A stretch of DNA of 60,722 nucleotides, taken from the NCBI GenBank assembly GCA_943704425.1, contig CALSCP010000313.1:108249-168970 (forward strand), given 5' to 3'. This document shows, one piece after another, positions 46,356 to 59,044 of the stretch. Each line of letters begins with the position of its first letter. The stretch's first letter is position 1. The notes below the pieces were generated by a model. The model saw only the letters and a program-made list of their open reading frames with translations. It had not been told where the DNA came from and did no database searches. Origin of the DNA: Ministeria vibrans ATCC 50519 (Eukaryota; Protista; Filasterea). The translations under genes and the position numbers were made by a program.

Positions 46356-47127
46356 GCAGTCGACTGATCTGGTGGAGTGGGGAATCGGGCCTGGCCATTC
46401 CGTATCCGACGATTGGTCTGCAGGCGGTGAGTCGCGACACGGCCGCCTTTGCCCATCCCTGCATTTACTGCCAGCTCACCGAGGGAGTCAAGGCACCCGC
46501 TCCCTTTGCCGGCCTCAATGCCAATGGTGATCCGTCCGATCCGTCCAGCGATGAGTCTTCGGCCACTGTTGAAATGCGCTTTGTACCTTCCGACACGGGT
46601 CTCTGTACGCTAGAGTGTGTGTATGTGTATGTGTGTATGTGTGTGTGATTGAATCTGTTTCTTTGGTCTTAGTGGACAACATTTACAATGCTATGGTGAG
46701 CTGCCAGGGTCTGCACCCAAGTGTCCTTGACGAACATGACGACGAGAATGGTCAGTTACATTGAGCTTTGATTTACACTTGATCTCAACTGCTTTTCTCT
46801 CTTGTTTCTCTTTCTACCCTTACCTCTTTCTCCTTTTCATCACTGTGTTTCTTTCTTCCTTCTCCTCTCTCTCTATCTCTTCATTACTTTATGTCTTTCT
46901 TCTCTCTCCCCCTTCTCCTCCTTCTTCTTCTCTCTCCTCCTTCTCCTTTCTCCTCACTTTTTGCAGCGGAAATGTTCTTTCAAGGTTCGCTGCCGGGAGA
47001 CGGTCCAATGGATGTGGAGGAGGTATGTGGTGGGGAGATCAAATCTTTCCAACTCCTTTACTGACAATGTACTTTGTGCGTGTTTTTGTAATGTCAGGGG
47101 CAATTTGACGATGCGGAAGATGAATGA
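45818..47127 (+). CDS. CLNS1A: Methylosome subunit pICln, multi-exon
   Basis: GTLCITE|RLIW, IPYPTIGLQAVSRD, PCIYCQL, EMRFVPSD, YNAMVSCQGLHP and C-terminal GQFDDAEDE. Confidence 0.9.
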
Positions 47128-47348
47128 TGACTGCTTGTAAAAACGAACTTGATTGTATTGTCTACTACTCTATATCGTACAATTTTGAAACAATAATCCT
47201 CACGTTGTGAAGTAATGACAGAGAACAGACAGAGTCTGCTGACAGACTTAACACAACTGATTCAACTCATTAGAGTCATTCAACTCACTCATTTTTTTCA
47301 TTCATTTGTGCACCGAGCTGCTCCGCATCGGAGTGCTACTCTGCGGAC

Positions 47349-50300
47349 ATGAGCATGGGGACGGACTTAATCGCACGTCCTCCGTCAGTGACATCCACCA
47401 CGTCCGCTCGACGACAGCTGCCCAAAACACCCGCGTCGCGTGTCCCTCCCACCCCGCCTCAGCCTCTAGTGCCAACTCCGCCCACGCCATCACAGCAGCC
47501 GTCAAGCACTCCAGGTAACACAGAGTCCTCCGTTTCCCGCCGACCTGCCAATTCATGTCACTCTCCAAAAAAATGTCTCGTTTGAGTTCGAAAAAAAATC
47601 GCAAAACATTGGCGCGCGCCGTCATACACCAAATTTGCCGAGCGGCTGTCTAATCGTCTGTTGACTTGATACGATACCTTTCAGATCAAAACGCGCCCTT
47701 AGAAGAGGCCACAGTGGATTCGCCAAAACCGCGAAAGACGAGTCATCACACTGGCGAACGCATTGGAGACTACATTCTAGGACGAACGCTCGGCCAGGTA
47801 ACTAGGAATGTGTATCCAGAGCTCAATCGCAAGTACCTGCAAGCATGTGCCTGTGCGCTACTGCGCGTTTTCCTTGTTCAGTCGTTCAAGGCGTCGCTGT
47901 CGCTTGAAACGTATCTCACCACGATCGAGAGCCATCCGGTCCTTTTGCCCACTCCGCTGCCCGCACTGTTGCCCATCATGGCATGTCGTTTTGATCCCCA
48001 CCGGCCAGGCCCGCTCGCCATCGACTTCAGTGTGTCCTACGGAGTTGTCCGACTCAAAATGCAAAAATCCGCGTCACCTTCTTCACACCTTCCCCCCTCG
48101 TCGCATATGCGCACTGTCCCTCTGGCAAATCCGCCGCCCACCTTGGCATCTACCTATTTGTGCGCGGCCGATGCCGTATTGGCCCGTGTCTTGTGCGTCT
48201 GGAATGTTGGTATGTTCGCTTCTCTTTTTTTTTTTCTCAGTCGGCGCTCGTTGCTATGATTCCGTTGTGTGAACGTGAACCCCTCATCCAGGACTCGTCC
48301 TCGCTCGCTGCGACGCTAACTGCTTTACTGTGGCACTAGGGTTCGTTTGCCAAAGTGAAACTGGCAACGCATGTCTATACTAAGGCGCGAGTGGCCGCCA
48401 AAATCATATACAAGAGTCGAATTAAGGTACGCTCGTGACAGTGATTGCGTGTGTCGTCGAATTCGATTTTTTTTTTCTTTTTCAGGACCAATACGTCAAG
48501 AAGAACCTGTACAGAGAAGGAAACATCCTCAAGGTATATAATATACTAATCGAGCGCAGTGGATTAATGCAGTGGGGCTCCTTCATCGTACCCATACTGA
48601 GCTCGTAACTGTAATGTTGCACAGAAAATTGAGCACGAGCGAATTGCGGGAGTGTATGAGATCATCGAAGATGATGTCTGCTATTGTATGATCCTTGAGT
48701 TGGTCAACGGTGGAGAAGTAAGACACGACGACACTAATAGCAAAATACTAGTAAAAGTTCATTATTTTTGATGTGCTTTATACTCTTGTTTACTTTAACA
48801 AAGGTGTTGGATTACATTGTGACGCACGACCATTTGTCGGAGCGGGAGACGCGCAAGTACGTGCAACAAATGGTCCACGCACTGGACTACCTGCACGCCA
48901 TTGGCGTGTGCCACCGCGACCTTAAGGCCGAGAACCTCATGCTCGACGACAACATGAACATTAAGATTATAGGTGAGAATACACTCTTATTAATCTAATA
49001 ATTATAAAGAGTTTTGACACTGAGTGCACGTGCTGTTCGAATTCTGGATATATTAAATTATTATTGTAATAATAATCTTAATTGTTCTAGATTTTGGGCT
49101 GAGCAACGAGTTTGACCCCACATCCTTCTTGAAGACGCGGTGTGGTTCGCTCAGGTGAGGAAATGATTTTATAATTCAATCACGTCTTGTTGTCACTGTT
49201 TTGTATATGTGTAGCTATACTTCGCCTGAGTTGCTTATTGGAAAGCGCTATGTTGGGCCTGAGATTGATGCATGGGGAATGTACAGAGAATCAATAAGAA
49301 TGCGTGTGAGTAAATATTGTGAGTTGCTCACAATGCCACGTTGTTTGTATTGTGTATGGGTGTGTAGTGGAGTCAACATGTATGTGATGCTGACGGGACG
49401 GCTGCCCTTCAAGGGCGACAACATTATCAAGCTCCATGCACAGATGCTCGAGCACAAGTTTAGCATTCCCGACAGACTCTCCCCAGGTAATTATCATGAC
49501 ATTTTTCTTTAATAGTACTGCAAGTTCGTGTTCAATGTACGTACGCGTAACGCGATAATTTAAATTAATATCTGCTAGAATGCGTTGACTTGTTGCACAA
49601 AACCCTTGAAGTGGATCCCGAGAAGCGATGGAAAACGAGCCAAGTACGTGTCAATATTAATATGATCAAGCTTATGATATAAATTGACTTTTGACGTGCG
49701 ACGTGGCTCAGATCCTGAAGCACGCGTGGTTCCAGGGGGACGGGTGCGACGTGGGGTTGGTGGGACATGACCGCAGTGCGGCGGGATTGCTTGCGCGCAA
49801 AGGGGTACCGCGAGAACACGTAGACATGGGCGTGGTGGAGCGCATGGCGGGCGAGTGGGCGCTGGGCCCACGCGACGCCATTGTCGATAGTGTCGTGGCG
49901 CACCGCTGCGACCGCTTTGATGGCTGCTACCACTTGGCGGTGGGCAAGACACGCTCGCTTGCAACTGCAATGCGCCGCGACATTGCTTCTGCCACCAAAA
50001 GTACGCAGGTACTCCGTCACCAGAGCGACCGTGACTTTGCAGTATATCTTAATGCGCCAGTTGTGGTATGATTAGAACGTGTGTGTGTGTGTAAATCAAA
50101 TTCATGTCTAATATCACAGTTATGCACCAATTTAGACAAAGAAAAAGTCCAAGTCAACGGTAACGCCGCAGTCACTTGCCAAGTCCAAGGCGGCCGTTGA
50201 GTCAACGCAGCCAACGTCGCACCCCGCCGTTGCCTTTCACGAGGTCTGTGAACTCTCATGATGACACACACACACACACACACACTTATATATGACCTTT

Positions 50301-51988
50301 TATGCACACGCACATGGCAATGATTGACACGCTTCATGTGCAGGACACTGTGCATGTGTGCGTTCCAGTGACAGAAAAGAGCGCACGAGAAAAGTCAGAG
50401 AAGAGGTCGAACCGGCCGCCAAAAAGACGATGTACGTATATTGTTTCACGCAGATCTCATTCACTCACTTGCACACATGGTCACTCACTCAATATTCATT
50501 CAGCGTCGGATGGAGCAGATACCCGACACAAGATTCCGCCGTCGTTGGCCGATGAGCGAGGCTCGCCCTTCAGCCCTATGTCGCATGCCATTGACCAGCA
50601 GGCCCGCCAGCGCCGCAAGAAGTACCATGACGACGATGACGGTGCGTCGTGCACAATATGATGCGCTCCTCACTCGTTCACTGACTGACTCACGCTCAAC
50701 ACAATCATGTAGACTACTCACAGGCAATGTCGAGCGACGACGACAACGCATCAACAGAGGACAGCGGCAAAGGGCGACACAGCACCCGTCGGCGCACCAA
50801 GTCCTTGCGCGAGTCGTCGGACAGCAAGTCGCGTCGCAAGCATGCACTCTCCAAACACCTGCTCGACTCCGATGCGGCCGGTGCCCGTGTGCCTGTCATC
50901 CGTCGTGCGTCCAGTCTCAAGGAGCGTCTTCAGGACAAGGTTGGGCCTCCACCTGTCGTGCCCGTCGAGCCCGGCAAGAAGCTGCGTCGTCAGTCCACCG
51001 GTGGCTCAGTACGTTATACGATACCAATCGAATGCGTCGTAGTCACATATATAATTGCTACGTTTTTTCTTTTCTTCTATATAGCGTGACTATTTGGGCT
51101 CAAGCAACTCACTGCTGGCTCAGCGTGCGCTGCGTCGCGACAGTTCCCTGGAAGTGCTCTCTGTCTTCTCTGTCGACTCCTTTGACACTCCACCCACTCC
51201 CACCTCAACCGCTCCCTTTGCCCTCCCCCAGATCGTCTCCGGCACCAGCGGCGATCCGGCTGCCAAGCCACCCGCACCACCACCTGCGGGCCCATCCTCC
51301 CGCTCACTTGTCACCCCCCGCTCCTCCAACACCACCTCAGTCGTTCCCGTGCCTCCACCTGCCCGTCGCGCCAGGGCCCTCCCACCCTCCCCACGTCCCC
51401 GTCCCACCCCACCCAAAGACAATAAGAAGGATGTCGATGCCCCCTCCACCGCCACCGCTACCACCGCCGCTGCCGCCGTTGCACAGACGCCTCCTTCGTC
51501 ATCGTCTCACCGCCCCACTCATGTCTACGAGGAGGGCATCCGCACCATGCGCATGCCTATGAACTCGGCTCTCATTTCCGACAGAAAGCCCAAAGACCTT
51601 TTGCGCTCGGTATTAAAAATAATTAATTATATTAAAAGTCTTATTGACTATTGTTATATTTTTTGTTTGTCTCACGCTTTGTGTGATAAAAATCAAATAT
51701 AGCTCCGTACGATTTTGCGCCAAGAGGACGTTCAGCTTGCGGCGTCGTCTGCCGCCAAGTACTGTCTTCTGTGCAAGTTCAAGGTATCAATCATTAAGTC
51801 TAAAATGTTTTGACACACACCATCATCTTGCTGTGCAGGGTCTTCAATATGAAGCGGAGGTGTGTGAGATTCTTGGACTGAAGATGCGGGGAATGCGTTT
51901 CAAACGACTTTCGGGGGACGTGTGGGCGTACAAGAGCCATTGCCAGAACATCATTGACAAGCTCAATCAGCCTTCGACTCTCGTGTGA
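47349..51988 (+). CDS. AMPK-related (HUNK/MARK-like) Ser/Thr kinase with C-terminal KA1 domain, multi-exon
   Basis: LGQ|GSFAKVKLA, VAAK, YVKKNLYREG, HRDLKAEN, DFGLSN, LKTRCGS, SPELL, GVNMYVMLTG; KA1-type RFKRLSGDVWAYKSHCQNIIDKL. Confidence 0.9.
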
Positions 51989-52120
51989 TGGAAGTCATTC
52001 CAAAATTGTAAATACCTATTGCACTTTTTAAAAACTCGAAACGCGAAGAGCGAGGCAAAGCGAAGCACACAATTATGAGCGCGAATCGATTTTAATCATT
52101 CAAAACATAAATATTTTTTA

Positions 52121-53838
52121 ATGGCTCAATTTTCGGGCGTTCTTCGCCTCACCGACCTAGACGACTTCGTAGCGCCGTCCCTGGAATGCATCAAACCTGT
52201 ACCCGTCCCCAAAACCTCCACGGTAAAAGCTGCTGCAAAGCCGGTTGCCCGATCACTGATCACACACCGTCGTTGCAGAATTCCGTCTCGGTTGTCGCCA
52301 ACGAGCGCGGCTTAGTGACCCAAATCGGCAAGGATGGGTCGGAGAGGGCGTTGGACAAGGCGCAGATCACGCTGGCAGACTGTCTCGCCTGCAGCGGGTG
52401 TGTCACGTCGGCGGAAACCGTCTTGATCGCGTCGCAAAGTCGCGAAGAGTTTATGCGGCGCTTGCGACAGATTACCGGCGAACCAGCAGAGCTGGCCGAG
52501 TCTAAGCCGGTTGAGGGAGCCGTTGTTGTGTCGTTGTCGCCTCAGTCGTGCGCTTCCATTGCCGTTCGCTACGGCATGGAGGTCGACGAAGCGACCTTGC
52601 GACTCGCAGGGTTCTTTCACTCGCTCGGCGTCGCACGCGTCCTCGACACCAGCGTCTCGCGCGAACTGTCACTCTTGGAATCGTGTACGGAGTTTGTGAC
52701 GCGCTGGAAAGCATCGGGTCGTCCGCCAAATGCGAATGCCGCCACTACATTGTCGCCATCGACGTCTGCGGCGTCGGCGCCCCCGTTGCTGCCCTTGATT
52801 GCTTCTGCTTGTCCCGGATGGGTGTGCTTTGCCGAGAAGACCGACCGCAAGAACACTCGCTCAATATTGCCGTTGATCAGTTCGACGCGGTCGCCGCAGC
52901 AGATAATGGGAGCCGTCGTGAAGCAAGTGGTCGCGCAGCAACTTGCAGTGCAGCCAGCGCACGTCTTTCACGCCACCATCATGCCCTGCTACGACAAGAA
53001 ACTCGAAGCGTCACGACCTGACTTTCAAAGCAGCAGTGATGACAGCCGCGACGGCGACGCTGTCGTTCACGACGTTGACTGTGTGCTGACCACGGGCGAA
53101 GTCGAGTCGCTTTTGCTCGAACATGGTGTTGCTCATCTGCGCGACTGTCCTCTCCCGCCTCCTTCAGCATGCGGCGTCTTTCCTCCGTCGCCTTCTTCTG
53201 ACGATCCTGATGCCACTGCTGCTGTTGCGTCGCTCGGGAGCGTGCGCCATTCGGGTGGCGGTTCGGGAGGCTATGCCGAGACGGTCTTTCGGTATGCGGC
53301 GCGTGTGCTCTTTGGGCGCACCGACTTGCCGAGTGTGCTCGAGTACCGAGTGCAGCGCAACAAGGATCTTAGACTACTTGAATTGGAACACAACGGGGCT
53401 ACGGTTCTTCGCTTTGCCGTCGCCCACGGCCTACGCAACATTCAGAACCTCGTTCGCAAGCTGAACCGCGGCGCCTGTCCTTACGACTACATCGAGTTTA
53501 TGGCGTGTCCCTCGGGCTGTCTCAATGGCGGCGGTCAATTACCTCCCACCACCACCGCCACCGCCAACAGCGGTGGCATCACTGCCGAGAACGAGCCCAA
53601 CATGTCCCTTCCAGCCGTGTCGAGCATCAGCGCGCAGCGTGCACTCGTGGAACGACTCGAGGTTGCCTATGAGAGCACACGACATGTGGGCGAGCCTGGC
53701 GCACACTCGGACGTGCAACGCCTCTACCGCGACTGGGTCGGAGCCCCACCCGACGCCGACGCTGCCCTCAAACCCATGCTGCACACTCAGTACCATGTGG
53801 TGCCTGACTTTGAGTCTGCTCTCACCATGAAGTGGTAG
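52121..53838 (+). CDS. CIAO3: Cytosolic Fe-S assembly factor Nar1/NARFL; intron ~52223-52279
   Basis: [75 protein letters not shown] and a terminal Trp. Confidence 0.96.
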
Positions 53839-53922
53839 AGCGCAACACACGCAAGTCACTCACTGTACAATAAAAGATGATGAATACAAACGCGAATAGT
53901 GTACAATTATACAATTGACCTT

Positions 53923-56672
53923 TCAAAAAAGCTTTTGAAAGGACGCAACAAAGGCATCGAGAGCGTGCTTGGTGGTCTGATGGGTAACGGTGAGGGGTCG
54001 TCCAGCAGGAAAGGCACGCGCAATAAACTGTCGCATTGCGCTTGTGGGAATGAGTGAGGCGGACAGGCGTTTGAGGTGCGCTTGAAGTGTGCGCCGTGAA
54101 GACAGACGTTGAAGCATGTCAGCAAGTGGTGTGCGCACAAGTGCAAAGGCGCGCGACGACTCAAGACGCACCGCTTCATCCATGAGTGCACGCCACACAC
54201 GCAAAAATGTGTCCTGGTTATCGATGCATTGTCGTGAGAAGACATCACGTTCGTCGCCAAGCGACAGAGCCGTGTCGAGCAGGCGAGCAAGCGTCTTGAT
54301 GACCGGTGCCGAGGCGTTTGTACCAAACGCAATCAGTTGAAGAGACTCGGCGGTGGGACGTGCGGGAAAGAGACTCTCCAAAAAGGTCAAAAGCCGTCCA
54401 TGATTGACAGAGGCATGAGCCACAAGCAGAGGGCGTTTGCCCAGAGAGAGCGCAAGAATGTCGAGAGCTGTCTCAAAACGCAAGCGAGGCGGTATGGCCG
54501 CATGCTCCAGAACGGTACGCACAACCTGACCATCGTGAAAGGTCGCAGGCAGGGCAGTGAAGCACGCTGCGTCCACAGACGCTTGTTCAAGAATTCTAAA
54601 GAGCAACAACATTTCGTTGCCGAGCAAACCTGTTTCGCGTGAGCTCACCAATTTCACAAGCTATGCACACAAAGAAGAAAAAAAAAAGATATTAAAGTCG
54701 CGTGTATATACACTACGACACTGACACGTGTATTTTTTTTTCTGACCACGGGCACAAGAGAGGGGGCACGTTTGAGGACAAACGAATAGGATGCGGAGCA
54801 GCCTACAAGAGAGCCCATGAGGTGGAGCAAGCCGATGAGGAGCGAGTGATGAGTGTCGGCCGTGTCGTTGGCGGTGCGCTGGAGAGTACGTTCGACGTCG
54901 CCAACAAACTCGGCAAATGCATCGACGCAGAGAGAGCCGGTGGACGTGGCAGCGACAAGTCGTGCAACAAAGACCGGGATCTCTTCGAGGGCAGTTGCGA
55001 CTGCATGTAGCAAAGCTGCGCGCACCGTATCCGTGGTTGACACAGCAATGACACGACGCAGCTTCGACCAGGCGGCGGCCGTGCCACAGTCAAATACGAG
55101 CGGGTAGGCATGCGAGAGCTCTTCATCCGTCGCAAACGGTATCTTTCGCATGCACCGTGCCACGACAAGAGCCGCCTGATCAATGGCCGAGTCGGGTGCA
55201 CGCAGCTCGCCACCACCACCAGAAGCGCCCACACCGACACCCTCTTGACTGGGCGACGATAGCAAAGTCTGCTGGTGAAGAAGCCAGGCAAGAAGAGGAT
55301 CGGAAACGTGGCGAGTGGCCATACTAGACAAATCCAGTCGAATTGTTCCATCGGCACGAAAAATCCACTCGAGTAGACATGGTCCAGCCTCACTGTCGAA
55401 CGGAGGCGTTGTCAGAGCCTGAACAGCAAGACACAGAGCATCGGTGCCAACACTAGTTGCTGATGTGCCGTCCCTCTCGGCTGCTCTTGTCGAATCATCG
55501 GTCCACGCAAGTGCGGCACTGGCAAATGCTTCGGGATCGTTGGTTGAGAGACAGAGACGATTAAGCAAGAAGAATGTCATTGCAGAGGTGGGAGCAGAGA
55601 GAAGGCGATGGACACGTCCGGAGAGGTCACACTTGCGTTTGCGTGGCGAAGGTGACTCGACACGGTTACGTTTTTTGGAGGGCGACGTCAACGGACTGAT
55701 TGTCGCAAAGGGTACGCGGCATGCATCAATCATGTCCGTCGCAAGCTGTTCGCATTGGCTACGAGCGTGAGGCAGGGACGAGCGAGCAAGCGCAAGCCAG
55801 GCGTCCACAAAGGGAGCGGGACACGGACAGGATACCACCTGATCGTGTTGCGACGACCAATCGATCATGTCGCGTTCGGAGCTGTGATCAGAGGTAAAGA
55901 GGGAGACGTCGACAGATGCGAACACGATCAGCAGTTTAGCGCTGAGCATTTGAGGGTGGGACGACACGGTTCGATGCAAAAGTTGAAAAAGCGCATCACG
56001 ATGCTCGACAATGAACGATCGCATCGCCTCGGGACGAGTACGAGACGATATTGCTTCCAGGAGAGACCACAATGGCTGGATGGGTTGGTCAAAGTCATGC
56101 TGGTGACTGCCTCCAGTGAGTAGCGATCTCAACAGCTCATCAACAAGGTGGAGGTCGGCGGCGTACAAGGCACGCTCAACAAGACGCTGTACGTCGACAC
56201 TGAGCCACTGAGAGGCGCGAATGGCGAGGTATAGCCCGCGAGTGAGGAAAAAATCGCGCGGCGAGGAGAGTGACTCGAGTTTGCTGGGAACGCCGCTCCA
56301 GAGCGCGGCGCGAACAATGTCGTTGGGACAACCAGAGAGATCACGTAGTGCTACTGTCAACATGGTGTTGGCGAGCGCTTCGGCGCTTGTGGGCGACAAT
56401 AATGTAGCAAACTTTCGTCGAGCGCGCGCAAACACCGCCATGTCGGAGGGCGTCGACTCAAAGAGGGGGGTGTTGCTGCCTGGAAGAAAGGTGGGAGGAG
56501 CAGGAACACTGTCGTGGGAAGGCTGTAGTAGAGGCAGGAGAAGCGGCGACGCGTTGGTGAGTGACAGGACGCGACGCGTCGCAGACAAGTCGTCAAGGGG
56601 CGAACTCGACGACAACGACACCCCCGCCAGGGACGAGGGCACTTCCTCCACTTCCTCACACGAAGATGCCAT
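53923..56672 (-). CDS. Hypothetical helical (ARM/HEAT-like) protein, ~890 aa; intron 54746-54661
   Basis: Two long ORFs joined in phase 0 by a GT-AG intron; Leu/Ala-rich; NLS-like PSKKRNRVESPSPRKRK. No family recognised. Confidence 0.7.
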
Positions 56673-57809
56673 CAAGAGTCGAGACTCGACCTGGAGGGCG
56701 CGTCTGCGCTTGTACAGAAGAAATTAAAATAAATGACGACGAGGGACGGAGGGGAGTGATGAAAATTTGAATTTAGTCATCATCAGCTTCATTATTAGAA
56801 AGAAGAAGAAGAAGAATACAACCCTGTCAACCCATTTATTAAATGATTAATGATACCAGATACACTATTAGAGTAGCAAAATAGTAAAAGTTTTCATTGA
56901 TCACGTCGGTGAAGGAAAAAGATAAATAATTCGGAAATGATACAGAAATGATATTAATTTATATCTCCGAAAGATCTCCTACACAATGGTATTCTGGCGC
57001 CGTTTTCTCGTACGGCATCACCCCATATGGTTACTAGATAGTGCATAGTATACGTATTACTGGTTAGAGAGCGGACAACCTGTTGCATTTTTGGCATCTA
57101 TTAGTCACAAAAACAAAATTGGGCCCGCACATTTCCCGCACATATCATTATCTCCCTCGTGCTTCAAAGTACCAAGCCACGTTGAAACAGTGCCAAATAT
57201 GCGTCAAAGAGCGACGAAGATGATATTTTCTTCACGGATACATGAAGAATAAGCGAAAACTGTATAAAACCCATGAAGATATTTCGAAGAACGAATAATT
57301 TACAAAGATAATTTATGACGAATTAGTAGAAATGGGTTTTTTTAGAGAGTGAACCCTTGCGGTTCGAAAACCAATCATTTTCCTCATTTTTCTCTCAATA
57401 TTTCAAAGTAAGTTTTCTTTCGCTACTGGGGTGCAGGGGTTGCGTAATGTGTTGGGAAAATTGCCACTCCATTGCCACGACGCCAAAAATCGAAAAACGA
57501 GAGAATCGCTGATACGTCCGTACCGTATGGTCTCAGGTCATTCTTGTGTAAAGTGTGTTGTTTGTATGATGGTGGTGGTCGCGTACGGTGGGGTGGTGCA
57601 GGCCGTGAATTTGCATGAGCTACTTCGGAGCTACTTAGACCATCTTCAGACCGTCCCCTTTATGCTTCGTTTTCGCGTCGTTTTGTTCCGCTGATCCGCA
57701 GGCGAATTTCTGCGTGTTGGGTGGTCCCAGGGGCTGTGTACACTGTACTGTGCTGGAGTTGCAGTGGCATGGAGGGCATGCCGTTTTGATAATGTTATTT
57801 TCCAGGGGG

Positions 57810-58805
57810 ATGCTTTTCCATGTGCTTGCTTTTTGTCTTTGCGCCACCGCCATGGCAAACGACGCCGATATTGTCAACGATGACGGCAACATTGTTATCA
57901 GGCCCGCCGATGGTTGCTCTGTCATTGTCAACGGGGATCTCTACGTCGACGGGGTCAAGGTGGCTACTGAGGAGGACATGTCTCGTTTGGAGGCACTTGA
58001 GGGAAGAGCTACTAAGCTTTTGGCTCGTGTTGAGTCGTGCTCATGCAACGCGAGTAGCCCACCCACCAGTGTTGCAGAGAATGTCATCTTCCCAAACTGC
58101 AGTTCGACTCCGCGAGTCAACTCCAGTGGCATATATCAAGTCAATGGAACTGATGGGGTTGTGTTTGAAGCATTTTGTACGCACTCGTATGGCGCTGGTG
58201 GTTGGAACCTTGTGGCTGTTTCAAGTGATGACAACGTTAACACATGGACATGGAACAGCCGTCACCTGTGGGACACAGATCACGCTACATTCGGAAATGT
58301 GACGGAGCGCGATAGTGACTTCAAATCACCCGCTTTTCACACCAAACAATTCAAAGATGTGCTCTTCGTCCATTTCCCATCCTTTATATGGGCCGAATAT
58401 GATAGCGTCAGTGATGGGGCCCAGTCATTTGGCCAATTCATTGAGTCGTTTGGTGGGTCTGTTTGCTATGCGACAAGTTCACACTCTGGATTCCCCTTGT
58501 CGGCGGGGAATCTCACAAAGTCGGGAAAATTGTGCAACACCCGCCTATACATTAACGCGAAGGATCAAGATGGTAAGAATACGTGCAGGGACTCAACTGG
58601 AGATCACACGTACGGTCCCAATTGGAATTCTTGGAACAATGCGCAATGTTCCTTCGATGAGCCTACGTTTGCGAGTCTGGGTCCTGATAATGACAATGGA
58701 AAACAGGCCATTGAACGACGTTCCTTTGGCTACGGTGGTCCCAAGGGTCTCAACACGGGTGTGGCCGGCCAACGGCAGATATACATGCACGTCTATATCC
58801 GGTGA
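57810..58805 (+). CDS. Secreted fibrinogen/intelectin-like domain protein, intronless CDS
   Basis: Signal MLFHVLAFCLCATAMA, short beta-rich segment, coiled coil, then SGIYQVNG...FEAFC...GGWNLVA (FBG-type start) and W...TFG...DFKSPAF (intelectin-like). Confidence 0.75.
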   Translation: MLFHVLAFCLCATAMANDADIVNDDGNIVIRPADGCSVIVNGDLYVDGVKVATEEDMSRLEALEGRATKLLARVESCSCNASSPPTSVAENVIFPNCSSTPRVNSSGIYQVNGTDGVVFEAFCTHSYGAGGWNLVAVSSDDNVNTWTWNSRHLWDTDHATFGNVTERDSDFKSPAFHTKQFKDVLFVHFPSFIWAEYDSVSDGAQSFGQFIESFGGSVCYATSSHSGFPLSAGNLTKSGKLCNTRLYINAKDQDGKNTCRDSTGDHTYGPNWNSWNNAQCSFDEPTFASLGPDNDNGKQAIERRSFGYGGPKGLNTGVAGQRQIYMHVYIR

Positions 58806-59044
58806 GTGCATGAAGAAGAGAAGAGAGAATGAATTTGATCATGTTTACAAGGTCTACAATACACAGACTACAGAGCGTTTCACAATTAAAGCTAAACCTG
58901 AATTCATCTCATTGATGAATGTCGAATGATGTCCCATGTCTGGAATAGGGAGTGTTGTGAATATTTCTCTCTGAACCCAGTTTATTTGACAGATCTGACC
59001 CAAAGCCGAAGTTAGTGATTTTTTTTTTCATTTTGATAGAAACC

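Noticed and set aside
52121-53838. Possible [FeFe]-hydrogenase implying anaerobic metabolism
   Set aside because: N-terminal DLDDF..P...CIKP, CPGW and the terminal Trp identify the ubiquitous Nar1/NARFL.
57350-57375. GGTTCGAAAACC, B-box/T-loop-like
   Set aside because: No cloverleaf or A-box could be built, so it is not called a tRNA.
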